A stretch of DNA of 64,000 nt. It comes from a virus. Its lineage: Duplodnaviria > Heunggongvirae > Uroviricota > Caudoviricetes > Schitoviridae. Below the pieces are notes generated by a model that did no database searches, had not been told where the DNA came from, and saw nothing but the letters and a program-made list of their open reading frames with translations. Numbering within the stretch: the first letter of the stretch is position 1; each line of letters starts with the position of its first letter. The translations under genes were made by a program, and so were the position numbers. The stretch lies in the IMG/VR virus record IMGVR_UViG_2974672398_000001, positions 11,881-75,880 of that record. The stretch is one strand, 5' to 3'. Positions 29,685-39,657 of this stretch are shown here, one piece after another.

Positions 29685-31816
29685 TCTTCACACTCCCCTT
29701 CCTTCGCCATATCATGGAAAGAATCTTGAACGTCATTAGTATTCACGTAGTACAGAGTTTTCATTCCCACTTGCGACTGATACACAAACTCTTTCATCAT
29801 TTGGCTCAAAGGAACCTTCCCATCAGGGAATTGACTAGGAGTTACATAAGTATCTGCGCTAATGGATTGGTCTGTATACGCCTGAACAGCCCCGTAAGCT
29901 TTGTACAAAGTACGTGTGCTGATATCCCAAGCAATCTCCTCTACTGGAGGGGCGATGTACTGGACAGCACCTTTACGGCTCTGCTTATTGATTACACGAC
30001 TTCTGACAGGGTACAAACCGTTGGTAGCATTACTGAATACAGCACTACTCTCACAAGGCATGTGGGCCACTAGTACAGAGTTGGCACGAGGCTTACCACG
30101 TAAACCTTCCCAAGATAGCTCAGGGGCTTTAGGTGTAGACTTAGTGTCAATTGGTAACCAGTTATGATCAATTCCACCAACCGCAGGATAACCGTACTTA
30201 CTAACCATAGTTATGGACGCACAAAGCATCGCATGATAATGGCGCTCAGCAAGCATCTCAATCTCATCGGAGTCATCGTATTTCAGGCCCTCATTGTATA
30301 AGTACTCGGCTAAGCCGGTGATACCTACACCTAGAGATCTTCTACGTTCTAAATTAACTTTAAGTGAAGGTGCAAACATACCTACTCGATCAATGATTCG
30401 GTTAAGTGTTAACACTATGATATTCGCCACTTCTTGATATTCAGACAGTTTAAAGTGCTTACTACCTACGTTGAACGCAGCTAGAGTACAGAAAGCCATC
30501 TCACCTTTTGAGGTGCCACTAGGGTCATACAGGTCAGGCATATCTTCGAATGGTGCAGTAGGTAAGGCGATCTCCATACAGAGGTTAGACTGGTGGATAT
30601 CATCAAGGAATGGAGTATGTGTGTTAGTGGTATCAAGGTTGATAGCATAAACACGTCCAGTATCTTGACGTACCGTCAGGAAAGCCTTTAAGACTTCACG
30701 AGCTGGGATAGTCCCATGAATAGTCCCATCGATAGATTTCAGCACAATCGGGAGACCGGCTTTAACACAATCAATGAAGTTATTATCATAGGCTAAAGAG
30801 TAATCCAGTTTATCAATACGCTTGTTCTCAGGGGTCTTTTGAGACTTGAGATTCAAGAGTTCTAATATTTCTGGGTCGTACACAGAGTAAGTTACAGTAG
30901 CTGAACCACCGCGAGTTACTTGTGTGAACATCTTCACTGCCTTATCGACAGTTGCATAGATACCTGATTTACCTAAGTGCTTAACTCGGCCACCTTTAAC
31001 AGCATCGCCTTTAGAGCGAGTGTCAAAACGAATACCGATGCCAGCCTTCTTAGCGGTCATCTTATAAGCTAGATGTTCTGCTACCCCAATAGAGTCCACA
31101 GTGTCGCCACCGTGAATGACACTGCAGCTGATTGAATCAAAGTCCCCATTCCGACAACCGTTAAGGACAGGAGTAGGGAGGTTAATAAGGCCACGTAAAA
31201 TATTTTCTGCCAGAGAGAAAGCTTCTTCAGTTTCTCCATGTATAGCGATAGACAGCGCAAGAATAGCTGCATGGGGTGTCTCCACAGGATTGTCATCGAT
31301 GGTTAAGGAATACTTATCCATCCATTGTTTGATTTGCCAGTACTCTAATTTGTACTGGTACAGTTTACGATACCACTCATTAACAGTGTCTTCGTCCACT
31401 AGCTTAAAGGTCCATAGACCACGACTAGCATAGAAGTCATGTAAGTTGGTAAAGCTCATACGATCGGAAATGCCTACATTCTGTAGGTTCTTACGTAATT
31501 CACCATACAACAAGCGTGCAGCAACACGAGAATACAGAATATCCTCTTTGTCTAAACATACTTGAATCATGGTTTGGTGGATATCTTCTGTAGTACAAGA
31601 CATGGGTAGTCTCATTACAGTAGTATCACAGATTTCTTTCCAATCAACCTTATGTCGAGCAGCATATTGTGCCCAACGTTCGATCTTAGTTGGATCCCAG
31701 TCTTCTTGTAGACCAGATTTTTTAGTGACGGTACGTTTTGCTTCCTCACTGAAGTAGTTACTTAAATCCATTTTGTGCCTCTGGTTAGTAAATGGGGACG
31801 GAACTATATGCCCCAT
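29672..31816 (-). CDS. nrdA: Ribonucleotide reductase class I alpha subunit
   Basis: Active-site signature SNLCMEIALPT. Size 714 aa. Sits adjacent to nrdB. Confidence 0.85.
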   Translation of the reverse strand: MGHIVPSPFTNQRHKMDLSNYFSEEAKRTVTKKSGLQEDWDPTKIERWAQYAARHKVDWKEICDTTVMRLPMSCTTEDIHQTMIQVCLDKEDILYSRVAARLLYGELRKNLQNVGISDRMSFTNLHDFYASRGLWTFKLVDEDTVNEWYRKLYQYKLEYWQIKQWMDKYSLTIDDNPVETPHAAILALSIAIHGETEEAFSLAENILRGLINLPTPVLNGCRNGDFDSISCSVIHGGDTVDSIGVAEHLAYKMTAKKAGIGIRFDTRSKGDAVKGGRVKHLGKSGIYATVDKAVKMFTQVTRGGSATVTYSVYDPEILELLNLKSQKTPENKRIDKLDYSLAYDNNFIDCVKAGLPIVLKSIDGTIHGTIPAREVLKAFLTVRQDTGRVYAINLDTTNTHTPFLDDIHQSNLCMEIALPTAPFEDMPDLYDPSGTSKGEMAFCTLAAFNVGSKHFKLSEYQEVANIIVLTLNRIIDRVGMFAPSLKVNLERRRSLGVGITGLAEYLYNEGLKYDDSDEIEMLAERHYHAMLCASITMVSKYGYPAVGGIDHNWLPIDTKSTPKAPELSWEGLRGKPRANSVLVAHMPCESSAVFSNATNGLYPVRSRVINKQSRKGAVQYIAPPVEEIAWDISTRTLYKAYGAVQAYTDQSISADTYVTPSQFPDGKVPLSQMMKEFVYQSQVGMKTLYYVNTNDVQDSFHDMAKEGECEDCRM

Positions 31817-31827
31817 TTTGATCTAGG

Positions 31828-33657
31828 TCAAGTGTGTTTAACACGGTTTAACACTTCATGTTGCTTACCATCAATGAATGGTCGGCTGTTTGGTGCACCT
31901 AAATAACCACAAACACGCATGGTAACTTCCATATTACTGGAACCACAATGAGCACAATGGTAACCATCCATACTACGATCTGCCTCCCCTGAGTGACCAC
32001 AGTCATGGCACACATCAATAGGAATATTGACTCCAAGATAAGCAACATTGTCGTAAGCATAATCCCATACCGTTTCTACCATGATCTTCTGCATGCTCTC
32101 TTGAACACGAGGAAGTTCTACGTAGCTGATAAAGCCTCCGTTGGCAATCTTCTGGAAGGGCGCTTCATAGTCCAACTTATCGAATGGACTTGTACTAGCA
32201 AGTACATCCTGATGGAAGCTATTAGTGTAGTACCCTTTGCCCCATACAGGTTCTGCCTTCAGGAACTTCTCTTTATCTAGACGAGCGAAGCGGTCACATA
32301 ACGACTCGCTAGGTGTGCTGTATAAGCCCCAACCTAAACCGTCTTCTGCTTTCCACGTGTCTACTGCATCACGCAACTTTTGTACGATATTTAGAGCCAG
32401 TCTCTTCGCATGCTCAGCCTTGTGCGGTTCAGTGCCTAACAGCTCTTGTACAGTCTCATGGATACCGATGTAACCAAGAGAAATACTAGCCCGACCGGAT
32501 TCAAATATACTAAAGATATTATCGTCTGGTTTAAGTCTAACGCCACACGCTCCTTCGGTGTAGAGGATTGGAGCAACTGAAGCTTTAACGTTACGTAGGC
32601 GATCAACACGACTATCAAGTGCACGTTTAGCAATAGCAATGCGTTCATCTAGAAGCTTCCAGAATGACGCAAGGTCACCTGCTTCTATGGCAATGCGAGG
32701 TAGATTGATACTTGTTACACCAAGATTATTTCTACCTGCATGACCATCTGCATGGTCGCTAAGAAAAGATCTACAACCCATAGGAGCTTTGTACGAACCT
32801 GTGTTGGACACGAGGGCATCGTAACTAAGAACGTCCGGGTACATACGCTTAGAAGCACACTCAACAGCAAGCTGCTTAATATCGTAGTTTACATCACCTT
32901 TTTTGAGGTTCGTGCCCTCTCGTAAGCCAAAGACCAATTTAGGGAATACCGCAGTCCGTCCAGTTCTGCCAAGGCCGCGTAGGCGGACTCTAAGGATTGA
33001 AGTCTGGATGAGTCGGGACTCCCAGCTTGTGCCGAGGCCAAAGCCGAGTGTGCAGAAAGGAGTTTGTCCATTAGCGGTGTGAAGCGTGTTGATTTCGTAT
33101 TCGAGTCCTTGGAATGCATCATATGTCTCCTTCTCTGTTGCAAGGCGTGCTTCAATGGCTGCTTTCTCATCATCATCTGTAAGACGTTGGAACGTAGAGT
33201 ACCACTTCTTATAGGATAGCTTAACGTATGGCGCAAGTACTTCGTCAATGCGGTCAATAGTGTTGCCGCCATAGATGTGAGATGCTACCTGTGCAATAAT
33301 CTGCGCTGTAATCGATGTTGCTGTACCGATTGACTTGGGAGTTTCAATCTCTGCATTACCCATTTTAAATCCTTGGGTAAGCATCCCCTCAAGGTCAATA
33401 AGCATACAGTTAAACATCGGGAACAGTGGAGCATAGTCGAGGTCATGGTAATGTATATCACCTGAGTGATGTGCATCGATGACATCTTTAGGGATAAAGC
33501 GGTCTGCCAGTGCTTTGGACACTTCCCCTGCTACCATGTCGCGCATTGTTGGAATACGTTCACTAGCTTTGTTAGCGTTGTTATGGGCTAAGGTCGAATC
33601 CATTGTGTTATCTACGATATCCACGATGGTTTGTATAGTATCTGAGCTAAATGCCAA
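31828..33657 (-). CDS. nrdD: Anaerobic ribonucleoside-triphosphate reductase (class III)
   Basis: C-terminal zinc ribbon CHDCGHSGE...CAHCGS. Glycyl-radical motif RVCGYLG. Confidence 0.8.
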   Translation of the reverse strand: MAFSSDTIQTIVDIVDNTMDSTLAHNNANKASERIPTMRDMVAGEVSKALADRFIPKDVIDAHHSGDIHYHDLDYAPLFPMFNCMLIDLEGMLTQGFKMGNAEIETPKSIGTATSITAQIIAQVASHIYGGNTIDRIDEVLAPYVKLSYKKWYSTFQRLTDDDEKAAIEARLATEKETYDAFQGLEYEINTLHTANGQTPFCTLGFGLGTSWESRLIQTSILRVRLRGLGRTGRTAVFPKLVFGLREGTNLKKGDVNYDIKQLAVECASKRMYPDVLSYDALVSNTGSYKAPMGCRSFLSDHADGHAGRNNLGVTSINLPRIAIEAGDLASFWKLLDERIAIAKRALDSRVDRLRNVKASVAPILYTEGACGVRLKPDDNIFSIFESGRASISLGYIGIHETVQELLGTEPHKAEHAKRLALNIVQKLRDAVDTWKAEDGLGWGLYSTPSESLCDRFARLDKEKFLKAEPVWGKGYYTNSFHQDVLASTSPFDKLDYEAPFQKIANGGFISYVELPRVQESMQKIMVETVWDYAYDNVAYLGVNIPIDVCHDCGHSGEADRSMDGYHCAHCGSSNMEVTMRVCGYLGAPNSRPFIDGKQHEVLNRVKHT

Positions 33658-33667
33658 TTACTCCTCC

Positions 33668-33862
33668 TTACCCTTCATACGCTTGATTGCATGTTGCCAT
33701 CTGAGCGAATGTTTTATCTAAACACGGGGCTTCAATGATAATGCGTGTGGCGCTCTGGGAACTCCACTTAGCTGCTTGGACCTTACAGGTGAACACACCT
33801 GCAGTTTCCCACCCATCGGTATCATCTAACTCCCGCGCCACGTGTAGGATGTGTGCGCTCAT
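33668..33862 (-). CDS. Hypothetical small protein (64 aa)
   Basis: ORF coupled to nrdD. Confidence 0.3.
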   Translation of the reverse strand: MSAHILHVARELDDTDGWETAGVFTCKVQAAKWSSQSATRIIIEAPCLDKTFAQMATCNQAYEG

Positions 33863-34281
33863 AGGTCTGCCTCCTTAACGTACATACCATCGACCATCTT
33901 ACCTTTACGGTCTTTGATCTCTTGGTACGAAGCATTAAGACAGTAGGCATATCCCCAATCATTACGCTCTGCCATATTAATAGCAACCACACCCATATCG
34001 CCTAGACCATCTTTGAGAGCTGCTTGCGCATCCTCAGGGTCAACAGACTTAATACGTCCCGAGTCGTATAGCTGCTCAGTCCATAAACGGACTTGAGCGG
34101 CAATAGCCATAGGGTCTTGTCCCGGCATCTGCGCAGCTACAACCTCAATGAACTCTTCCAATAGTTTCTTGGTTTGGTTCCAGTCAGTTGTACCCTCAAT
34201 AAGATTACGGTCATGATGCCAACGGGTAATATTCTCAATCACCTGCGGGGCAATATTATTGTTCGGTTTAGTGTTTAGCAT
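33859..34281 (-). CDS. MazG-like nucleotide pyrophosphohydrolase (putative)
   Basis: All-alpha composition with an EExxE-type LLEEFIEV motif and downstream acidic residues (DGLGDMG). Sits in the nucleotide-metabolism cluster. Confidence 0.4.
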   Translation of the reverse strand: MLNTKPNNNIAPQVIENITRWHHDRNLIEGTTDWNQTKKLLEEFIEVVAAQMPGQDPMAIAAQVRLWTEQLYDSGRIKSVDPEDAQAALKDGLGDMGVVAINMAERNDWGYAYCLNASYQEIKDRKGKMVDGMYVKEADL

Positions 34282-34437
34282 TTACACACTCCTTGAACTT
34301 AGCTTCCATCGTGCCCCTCCGACTTCTTACGTTTACGCGTGTTCTTGCGATTACGCTTCTCGATCTTGGCCTGTGCACGTTCATTACGGCGAGCTTGGTA
34401 ATCGTTATGTTCCCAACCTTCTTCACCTAAATGTCGT

Positions 34438-34701
34438 TTATTGCCCATGTGCTTCTCCTGCTAATGCAAAATACGCAGCACCGTCAACATAATCGTCTAG
34501 GCGGAAATCCCCGCCCTTAGCGCGTGCTGCCTTTAGGAAAACCATGAACATCCAGCCCTGCTCTTCCGTCAGTTCCAAGTTGTACATGGCGTTAAAAGAT
34601 TCGACCGTAGCTTTCATGCTACGTTCTTCATCTGTATCACGTTCGGATGCTCTGTCACCTATGCAGGCGGCAGCAGTATCTAGGATCTCATCAGCTTTCA
34701 T
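34438..34701 (-). CDS. Hypothetical protein (87 aa)
   Basis: ORF only. Confidence 0.35.
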   Translation of the reverse strand: MKADEILDTAAACIGDRASERDTDEERSMKATVESFNAMYNLELTEEQGWMFMVFLKAARAKGGDFRLDDYVDGAAYFALAGEAHGQ

Positions 34702-35350
34702 TAGTCAGCTCCTCCCATGCCATCGGGAACAGAGGAGAGATAAGGTCACCAATCTCTTTAGCCAGCTCTTGAATCTCAAGTTGTGCGTGACTATCCGTGC
34801 GTTGGTTATAGAAGCGTGCAAATGCAGCTAGAGAGCCTGTCCAGTACCAGTTAACTTCACAGCCTTGTGGTAGTAGGAAACGTGCTTGTTCTTCCGCAAC
34901 ACCACTATCAAGTATATCTTCATAGTCTTGGATTGCAGAATGTACTGAATCACGGTAAGCCTTTTGAAGCTTAGCGTTATCAGGGTGTAGGCCACCACTA
35001 CCTTGTTTCTTATTATCGGCCTGAATACGGAACTCAGGGACAAAGAAAGTAGGTTTACTGCTAATGTAACGACGTGATTCTTCGTTCTCAGTAAATCCTA
35101 TCTTGTGCTTAAAACACTGCGTCCGTATTGGAATAGGTGCACGCACTCGTACTGTAATTGTGGGATGTTGGAAAGGAGTAATATGCCGGTGTTTAGCCAG
35201 ATATTTAATAAGTCGTTCATTTTGTTCCTCAGTGCGACTACTGTCGCCTTCGTTAGCAAAGGAAACTCTGGCAGCACTTACAATGCTGTCGTCGCTCCCC
35301 ATGTAATCAATCAATTCTACGTGCATCAAATGCCTCTTGAAAAGTGTCAT
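34691..35350 (-). CDS. thyX: FAD-dependent thymidylate synthase ThyX-like
   Basis: HITPFQHPTITVRVRAPIPIRTQCFKHKIGFTENEESRRY matches the ThyX RHR-x7/8-S-x-RY signature (here K-H-K...SRRY). Size 219 aa. Confidence 0.65.
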   Translation of the reverse strand: MTLFKRHLMHVELIDYMGSDDSIVSAARVSFANEGDSSRTEEQNERLIKYLAKHRHITPFQHPTITVRVRAPIPIRTQCFKHKIGFTENEESRRYISSKPTFFVPEFRIQADNKKQGSGGLHPDNAKLQKAYRDSVHSAIQDYEDILDSGVAEEQARFLLPQGCEVNWYWTGSLAAFARFYNQRTDSHAQLEIQELAKEIGDLISPLFPMAWEELTNES

Positions 35351-35720
35351 AGGTTCTTGTTTTATAGCGAAATTTAGCCCCTTGAGGGTAAATCCCTAAC
35401 TCACCTGTTTGACTATTTTTATTAGCACCGTGACGGTTTAGGCAATTTTCTTTTACCGATACATCCCGTAGGTTAACAATTCTATTATCAGCCTTGTCCC
35501 CGTTGAGATGGTCAATAACACCTTCAGGCCACGTGCCGTGAGTAAAGTACCACGCTAAACGGTGGCACTTATATCTAACACCTAGGTAGGAGATGCGAAG
35601 ATAGCCTTTGGAGTCTTTACTCCCAGCAATAGACCCTGCCTTCGTATTGCCCGCAGACTTTAACCGGGTGAATTGCCCAGTGTCTGGGTCGTAGGAAAAC
35701 ATGGATTTAATATCTTGCAC
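35307..35720 (-). CDS. HNH homing endonuclease with an AP2 domain
   Basis: IDHLNGDKADNRIVNLRDV. AP2 GIYPQGAKFRYKTRTYDTFQEAFDARR. Confidence 0.8.
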   Translation of the reverse strand: MQDIKSMFSYDPDTGQFTRLKSAGNTKAGSIAGSKDSKGYLRISYLGVRYKCHRLAWYFTHGTWPEGVIDHLNGDKADNRIVNLRDVSVKENCLNRHGANKNSQTGELGIYPQGAKFRYKTRTYDTFQEAFDARRID

Positions 35721-35728
35721 CCAACCCC

Positions 35729-35941
35729 CTAATCTTGAGTGTTATCGAACACTTCCCAACCTATCTTCGCTTCCATGATGGTATTCATGTAGATAAGTGC
35801 AAAGATGGGAATGAATCCCCACAACCCCATAGTAGGGATCATCAATGTTAGGGCTAGTACGTAGATTAGGATATCTGCAACATTCCAGAAAGGTTTAAAC
35901 ATGAAACGGAAGAATTTATTATGCATCATACATCTCTCCAC
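35729..35941 (-). CDS. Small membrane protein (70 aa, two predicted TM helices)
   Basis: Hydrophobic segments ILIYVLALTLMIPTMGLWGFIPIFALIYM. Confidence 0.4.
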   Translation of the reverse strand: MERCMMHNKFFRFMFKPFWNVADILIYVLALTLMIPTMGLWGFIPIFALIYMNTIMEAKIGWEVFDNTQD

Positions 35942-36507
35942 TTGCCGCGTTGAGTCTTGAAGGTGTACTTCTCATTACGACGAGTAGCGTGGTAATACAC
36001 AATTACCCCTTCAGGTTCAACATCCGTACCTTTAGCACGGTCATGGATTAGCTTCATTGCTTCTTCGATACAAGTATCAGTCTTCTCACCTTGGAACAAG
36101 ACTTCAACAACTGCACAGCACTCAGGCGGTGGGTTATGTTCGCCCCAACGAAAGGTGTTGAACAAGAAGAATGTTTTATCAGTTAGTTTGTGAGGGTTGT
36201 TTTGGACTTTGCCGCCACACCATTCACCGAAGTGTTCACCGTCACCTAGTTCGATCAACTGTTCCGCATTCTCATGCACCCAACCTGCAAAGCCGTAGTT
36301 ATCGGTATCTTTGCCCGGACTGATGAAACGCTTACGGGATTGAATCCCGATGATTTTACCGTCTTTGATGATGATACAGCTGTTAGTGCCGTCCATCTTC
36401 TCAGTGATGGTCAAATTCTCGTGCTGTCCGCGAGGGATTTTAGGCCACGGGTTGAACTCTAGGTTTTCACAGATTTCAACTAACGGGCTTAATACGATTT
36501 GAGACAT
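35926..36507 (-). CDS. Minimal ATP-dependent ligase-like nucleotidyltransferase (193 aa)
   Basis: Motif I KxDG (ITEKMDGTN). Motif IV-like EGVIVYY. Motif V-like KYTFKTQRGKW. Confidence 0.5.
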   Translation of the reverse strand: MSQIVLSPLVEICENLEFNPWPKIPRGQHENLTITEKMDGTNSCIIIKDGKIIGIQSRKRFISPGKDTDNYGFAGWVHENAEQLIELGDGEHFGEWCGGKVQNNPHKLTDKTFFLFNTFRWGEHNPPPECCAVVEVLFQGEKTDTCIEEAMKLIHDRAKGTDVEPEGVIVYYHATRRNEKYTFKTQRGKWRDV

Positions 36508-36516
36508 TTAGTTTCC

Positions 36517-36792
36517 TTAATTATCTTCGAGAATATCTGCCATCTTTTGATAGTCAGATATTAATTTCATTTCTTTGTACAGCGCGTACATATGTGGAGC
36601 CATTTCTTTGAATTGCTCCTCACCTATATCCTTCGCAATACGGGATAAACCCGTAAAGGAAGTATTAATAGGTCTGTGTAACGGCCTTTTAAGTTCTGAA
36701 TCCACTCTTCTTATGGTATCCCCAAAAGGGATGTTCCCATAGAAATCTTGGTCAGCCCCATAAGGTGCACACATTCTATCTGCCGACGACAT
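36517..36792 (-). CDS. Hypothetical protein (91 aa)
   Basis: ORF. Stop overlaps the downstream start. Confidence 0.35.
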   Translation of the reverse strand: MSSADRMCAPYGADQDFYGNIPFGDTIRRVDSELKRPLHRPINTSFTGLSRIAKDIGEEQFKEMAPHMYALYKEMKLISDYQKMADILEDN

Positions 36793-39259
36793 TTAGAATC
36801 TCCTTTCTACTTAGGTTATTTTTAATGTTTACGGCGTCTTTCCATGACGGGTAGAAGATGTCCAACTCTGCGCCAATTTTAACGGTATCGTGCCAGTCGA
36901 GTTCAGGTAAGCCATGGCTTTCCATACACTCTACAAGGTTATTGTTTAACCATTCAACTGCACCGACTTCATCAGGAAGTATCAGATAACACGCATCGTG
37001 AATCAGCGCACTGATGTGGATACGGCAACGATACTCTGAAGCATTGATTCTCTCCTGCAACATAGATGCTGCTTTGGAGTTAACAAGACCATAAGATTGA
37101 CCTAGAGCATTACCTGCTGTACGTCCTTCTGCTGCAGCCTCTTTAGGCATACGAGGGGCACCCCACACTACGTTACGGATCAGGGGAGTTCTAACTCTTA
37201 ATCCATAAGCTACTGTGACGTAACCGTCTTTGTTTGCCTTCTGTAGTCTATCTTGTACCCACTTATCCGACACTTGATACATGTCGTGATAAGACTCTTC
37301 AATGGACTTGGCTTCATCTCGCGAGAAACCACAGTTATTCATTAAAGTAGTAAAGGTACCTTGATAGGTCAGAGCAAAGGTTGGAGCTTTAGACAACTGA
37401 CGAAGATTGCCAAAGATCTTCTCATTCTTGAGTTGGTTCACATTCTCAGGACTTTCAGTCATCCAATCAGGCATCTGGTCTTTGAAGTAGTAGTAGGCAC
37501 GTAGACAGTGTCCACAGTAACCATCTTCATACACCTTGATCTTATTAGGATCTCGAGTGGTTAGAGCAGATACATAATCTTCAAGGGAGTTGTAATCGGC
37601 ACCGGCAAACAGTTTCCCTTCGGGAGCACGGAAGCAATTCTTAATAAGTTTTGCGTACGTACTACCACTAGGGATCTGCTGAAGGTTAGGCTTACTAGAT
37701 GATAACCGTCCAGAGACAGTTCCACCGAGATTAAACCCACCATACAAGCGGTGTGTGCCGTCACTAACAGGAACAGCATTAAGGAAGTTGGGCATAAACG
37801 AGGAGATTATCTTATCTACTTTAGACAAGTGAATCAGACAACGGATAATCATTATCTTATCCTTGTCCTTTGTATGCTTCTTCAACTTCTTGAGTGTCTT
37901 GGTTCCAGTAGCAGGCTGTTTAGTATCGGTCGTATCCAATACTGGGAACTCCCAATGGGTGTATAACAATTCCTGCAACTGTTTAGGTGAACCCGGATTC
38001 AACTCAAGGTCTAAGAAGTCATCCTCAGTCTTACGCTTAACCTTCCGAGTAGTGTTGTAGAGATAAGTCTCTTGTTGTCGTCTGATTTTGAGGTAGCCTA
38101 CTTCTTCGAGCTTACGTTGTAGAAAACCATAGTAGGTATCATGCAATCGTGTCAGCCGTTTATTGGCCTTAATCACTGAAGGCATGTGGAGAGGCATTCC
38201 AACCAATTCCATCTGCAATATCTGCTTAGCCGCTGGCTTAAACAGGGTGTCATAAATCTCGCGCTGATCGTCAGCATCAACAGTACCGTTGTGCTTGTTG
38301 TACACATACCAAGTGGATAGGCAATCCACCAAGTTGTACTCCATCAATTTGTCTTTTTTAATGAGACGAATATCGTTGATGTTGTCTTCAGCATAGTTAC
38401 CTGCAAACTCATGGGCCTGATCTTTCAAGCTAAGTTTGTTACCAGCACACGAGTTAGTGGCCAAATATGTTAAGAGCTTAGTGTCATCAAAGTTCTTTGT
38501 GACAGCCTCAACACCTTCAACCATTCCTTCGTAATCTAGGTAGTCCTTCATCCACAGAGTGTAGACAAGGATTTTCAGATCGTATCCAGCGTTATGCCAG
38601 ATTAGTTTACCTTTGTACTCGGTAAAGAACTTCTTGAGTAACGCTCTTACCTCTTCACTGTCTTCCCGTACACCGGGAGTCCCTGCCGGTTTGATTTCCA
38701 TCAATTCCTGCATTTTGGAGAGCGGGGCATTATCGACATAATCACAACAGATTACGCCACCCTCATGTTGATTCCATGCGAAACCTACAGTGCCGATACC
38801 GGCATCTCCAAAGAAGAGGGAGAACGTTTCTAAGTCACAACTAAGTTCTGGATACTTGTGAAGCTTCTTAAGAAACTTCTTAATATCAGCAACCTCATCG
38901 TAATACTCTGAGTGCTTAATAATATCCGAACCAAGTGTCTTAAACGTACCATTCATGTGGTCGTCCAAAGTCTTCAAAGACAAGGCTAACTTATCTCTAT
39001 TCTTTGGGTCATAAAACAACGACTGGTAGTTAATGCCGTAGATCACCTTAATATGTTCAAAACCCTTCCAAGCACAGTCCAGCACAGACCCTAGGTAAGG
39101 TTCTGCCTTTGTATTCTTGGTAAGCTTCTTGAAATACTCCCCATCAGCGCAGTAGACAACCTTAATACTAAGACTATCTAATGCTTTCAATAGGGTTGGG
39201 ATATAGGCATTGGCCACTTTAGCTGAGGGTTTCTTCTGTCCTCCATAGTCGAGACTCAA
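36776..39259 (-). CDS. DNA polymerase family A with a 3'-5' exonuclease domain (N4 gp39-like)
   Basis: Exo motif CDLETFSL. Motif A FAGADYNSLEDYV. Motif B RQLSKAPTFALTYQG. Motif C IHDACY. Confidence 0.85.
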   Translation of the reverse strand: MSLDYGGQKKPSAKVANAYIPTLLKALDSLSIKVVYCADGEYFKKLTKNTKAEPYLGSVLDCAWKGFEHIKVIYGINYQSLFYDPKNRDKLALSLKTLDDHMNGTFKTLGSDIIKHSEYYDEVADIKKFLKKLHKYPELSCDLETFSLFFGDAGIGTVGFAWNQHEGGVICCDYVDNAPLSKMQELMEIKPAGTPGVREDSEEVRALLKKFFTEYKGKLIWHNAGYDLKILVYTLWMKDYLDYEGMVEGVEAVTKNFDDTKLLTYLATNSCAGNKLSLKDQAHEFAGNYAEDNINDIRLIKKDKLMEYNLVDCLSTWYVYNKHNGTVDADDQREIYDTLFKPAAKQILQMELVGMPLHMPSVIKANKRLTRLHDTYYGFLQRKLEEVGYLKIRRQQETYLYNTTRKVKRKTEDDFLDLELNPGSPKQLQELLYTHWEFPVLDTTDTKQPATGTKTLKKLKKHTKDKDKIMIIRCLIHLSKVDKIISSFMPNFLNAVPVSDGTHRLYGGFNLGGTVSGRLSSSKPNLQQIPSGSTYAKLIKNCFRAPEGKLFAGADYNSLEDYVSALTTRDPNKIKVYEDGYCGHCLRAYYYFKDQMPDWMTESPENVNQLKNEKIFGNLRQLSKAPTFALTYQGTFTTLMNNCGFSRDEAKSIEESYHDMYQVSDKWVQDRLQKANKDGYVTVAYGLRVRTPLIRNVVWGAPRMPKEAAAEGRTAGNALGQSYGLVNSKAASMLQERINASEYRCRIHISALIHDACYLILPDEVGAVEWLNNNLVECMESHGLPELDWHDTVKIGAELDIFYPSWKDAVNIKNNLSRKEILNVVGR

Positions 39260-39387
39260 CGCTACGGTCTTGTCACGGTCTAAGGCAGGAAAGTAGTTAT
39301 CCTCTATGTTGCGCTGTACTAAGGACTGCTCTTTAAGTAAAAGAGCTACTTCATACGGGCCATCAGCCCAAATAAAATGTTGGATGT

Positions 39388-39657
39388 TTAGTCCTCCAGT
39401 AAGTGTAGTAGGTGTGCCTGCTCGTAAATATCACGTAAGGTTTCCCCATAGTACCCAGTATGTTCCCAATTAGGTGCTATCACCTCTTCCCAACGATTAG
39501 GATCTAACGTCATCCTGATGTTTTTACCTGTAGGTTCAAGTAAGCGTTCACTGTTTAGGTACGAACTACGGTCTACAGTGAATTTGATATACATATCACC
39601 CTTACGGGCCATGTATACCGTTCCGTACTTATTAGTACTGCTTAGTATTCGCCACAT
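39388..39657 (-). CDS. Hypothetical protein (89 aa)
   Basis: ORF with C-terminal LLHLLED tail. Confidence 0.35.
   Translation of the reverse strand: MWRILSSTNKYGTVYMARKGDMYIKFTVDRSSYLNSERLLEPTGKNIRMTLDPNRWEEVIAPNWEHTGYYGETLRDIYEQAHLLHLLED

Noticed and set aside
29481-33721. + strand ORFs within the RNR genes (29714..30073, 31116..31433, 31993..32280, 32237..32473, 33479..33721)
   Set aside because: Embedded antisense in nrdA and nrdD, which carry strong catalytic motifs. No translation signals.
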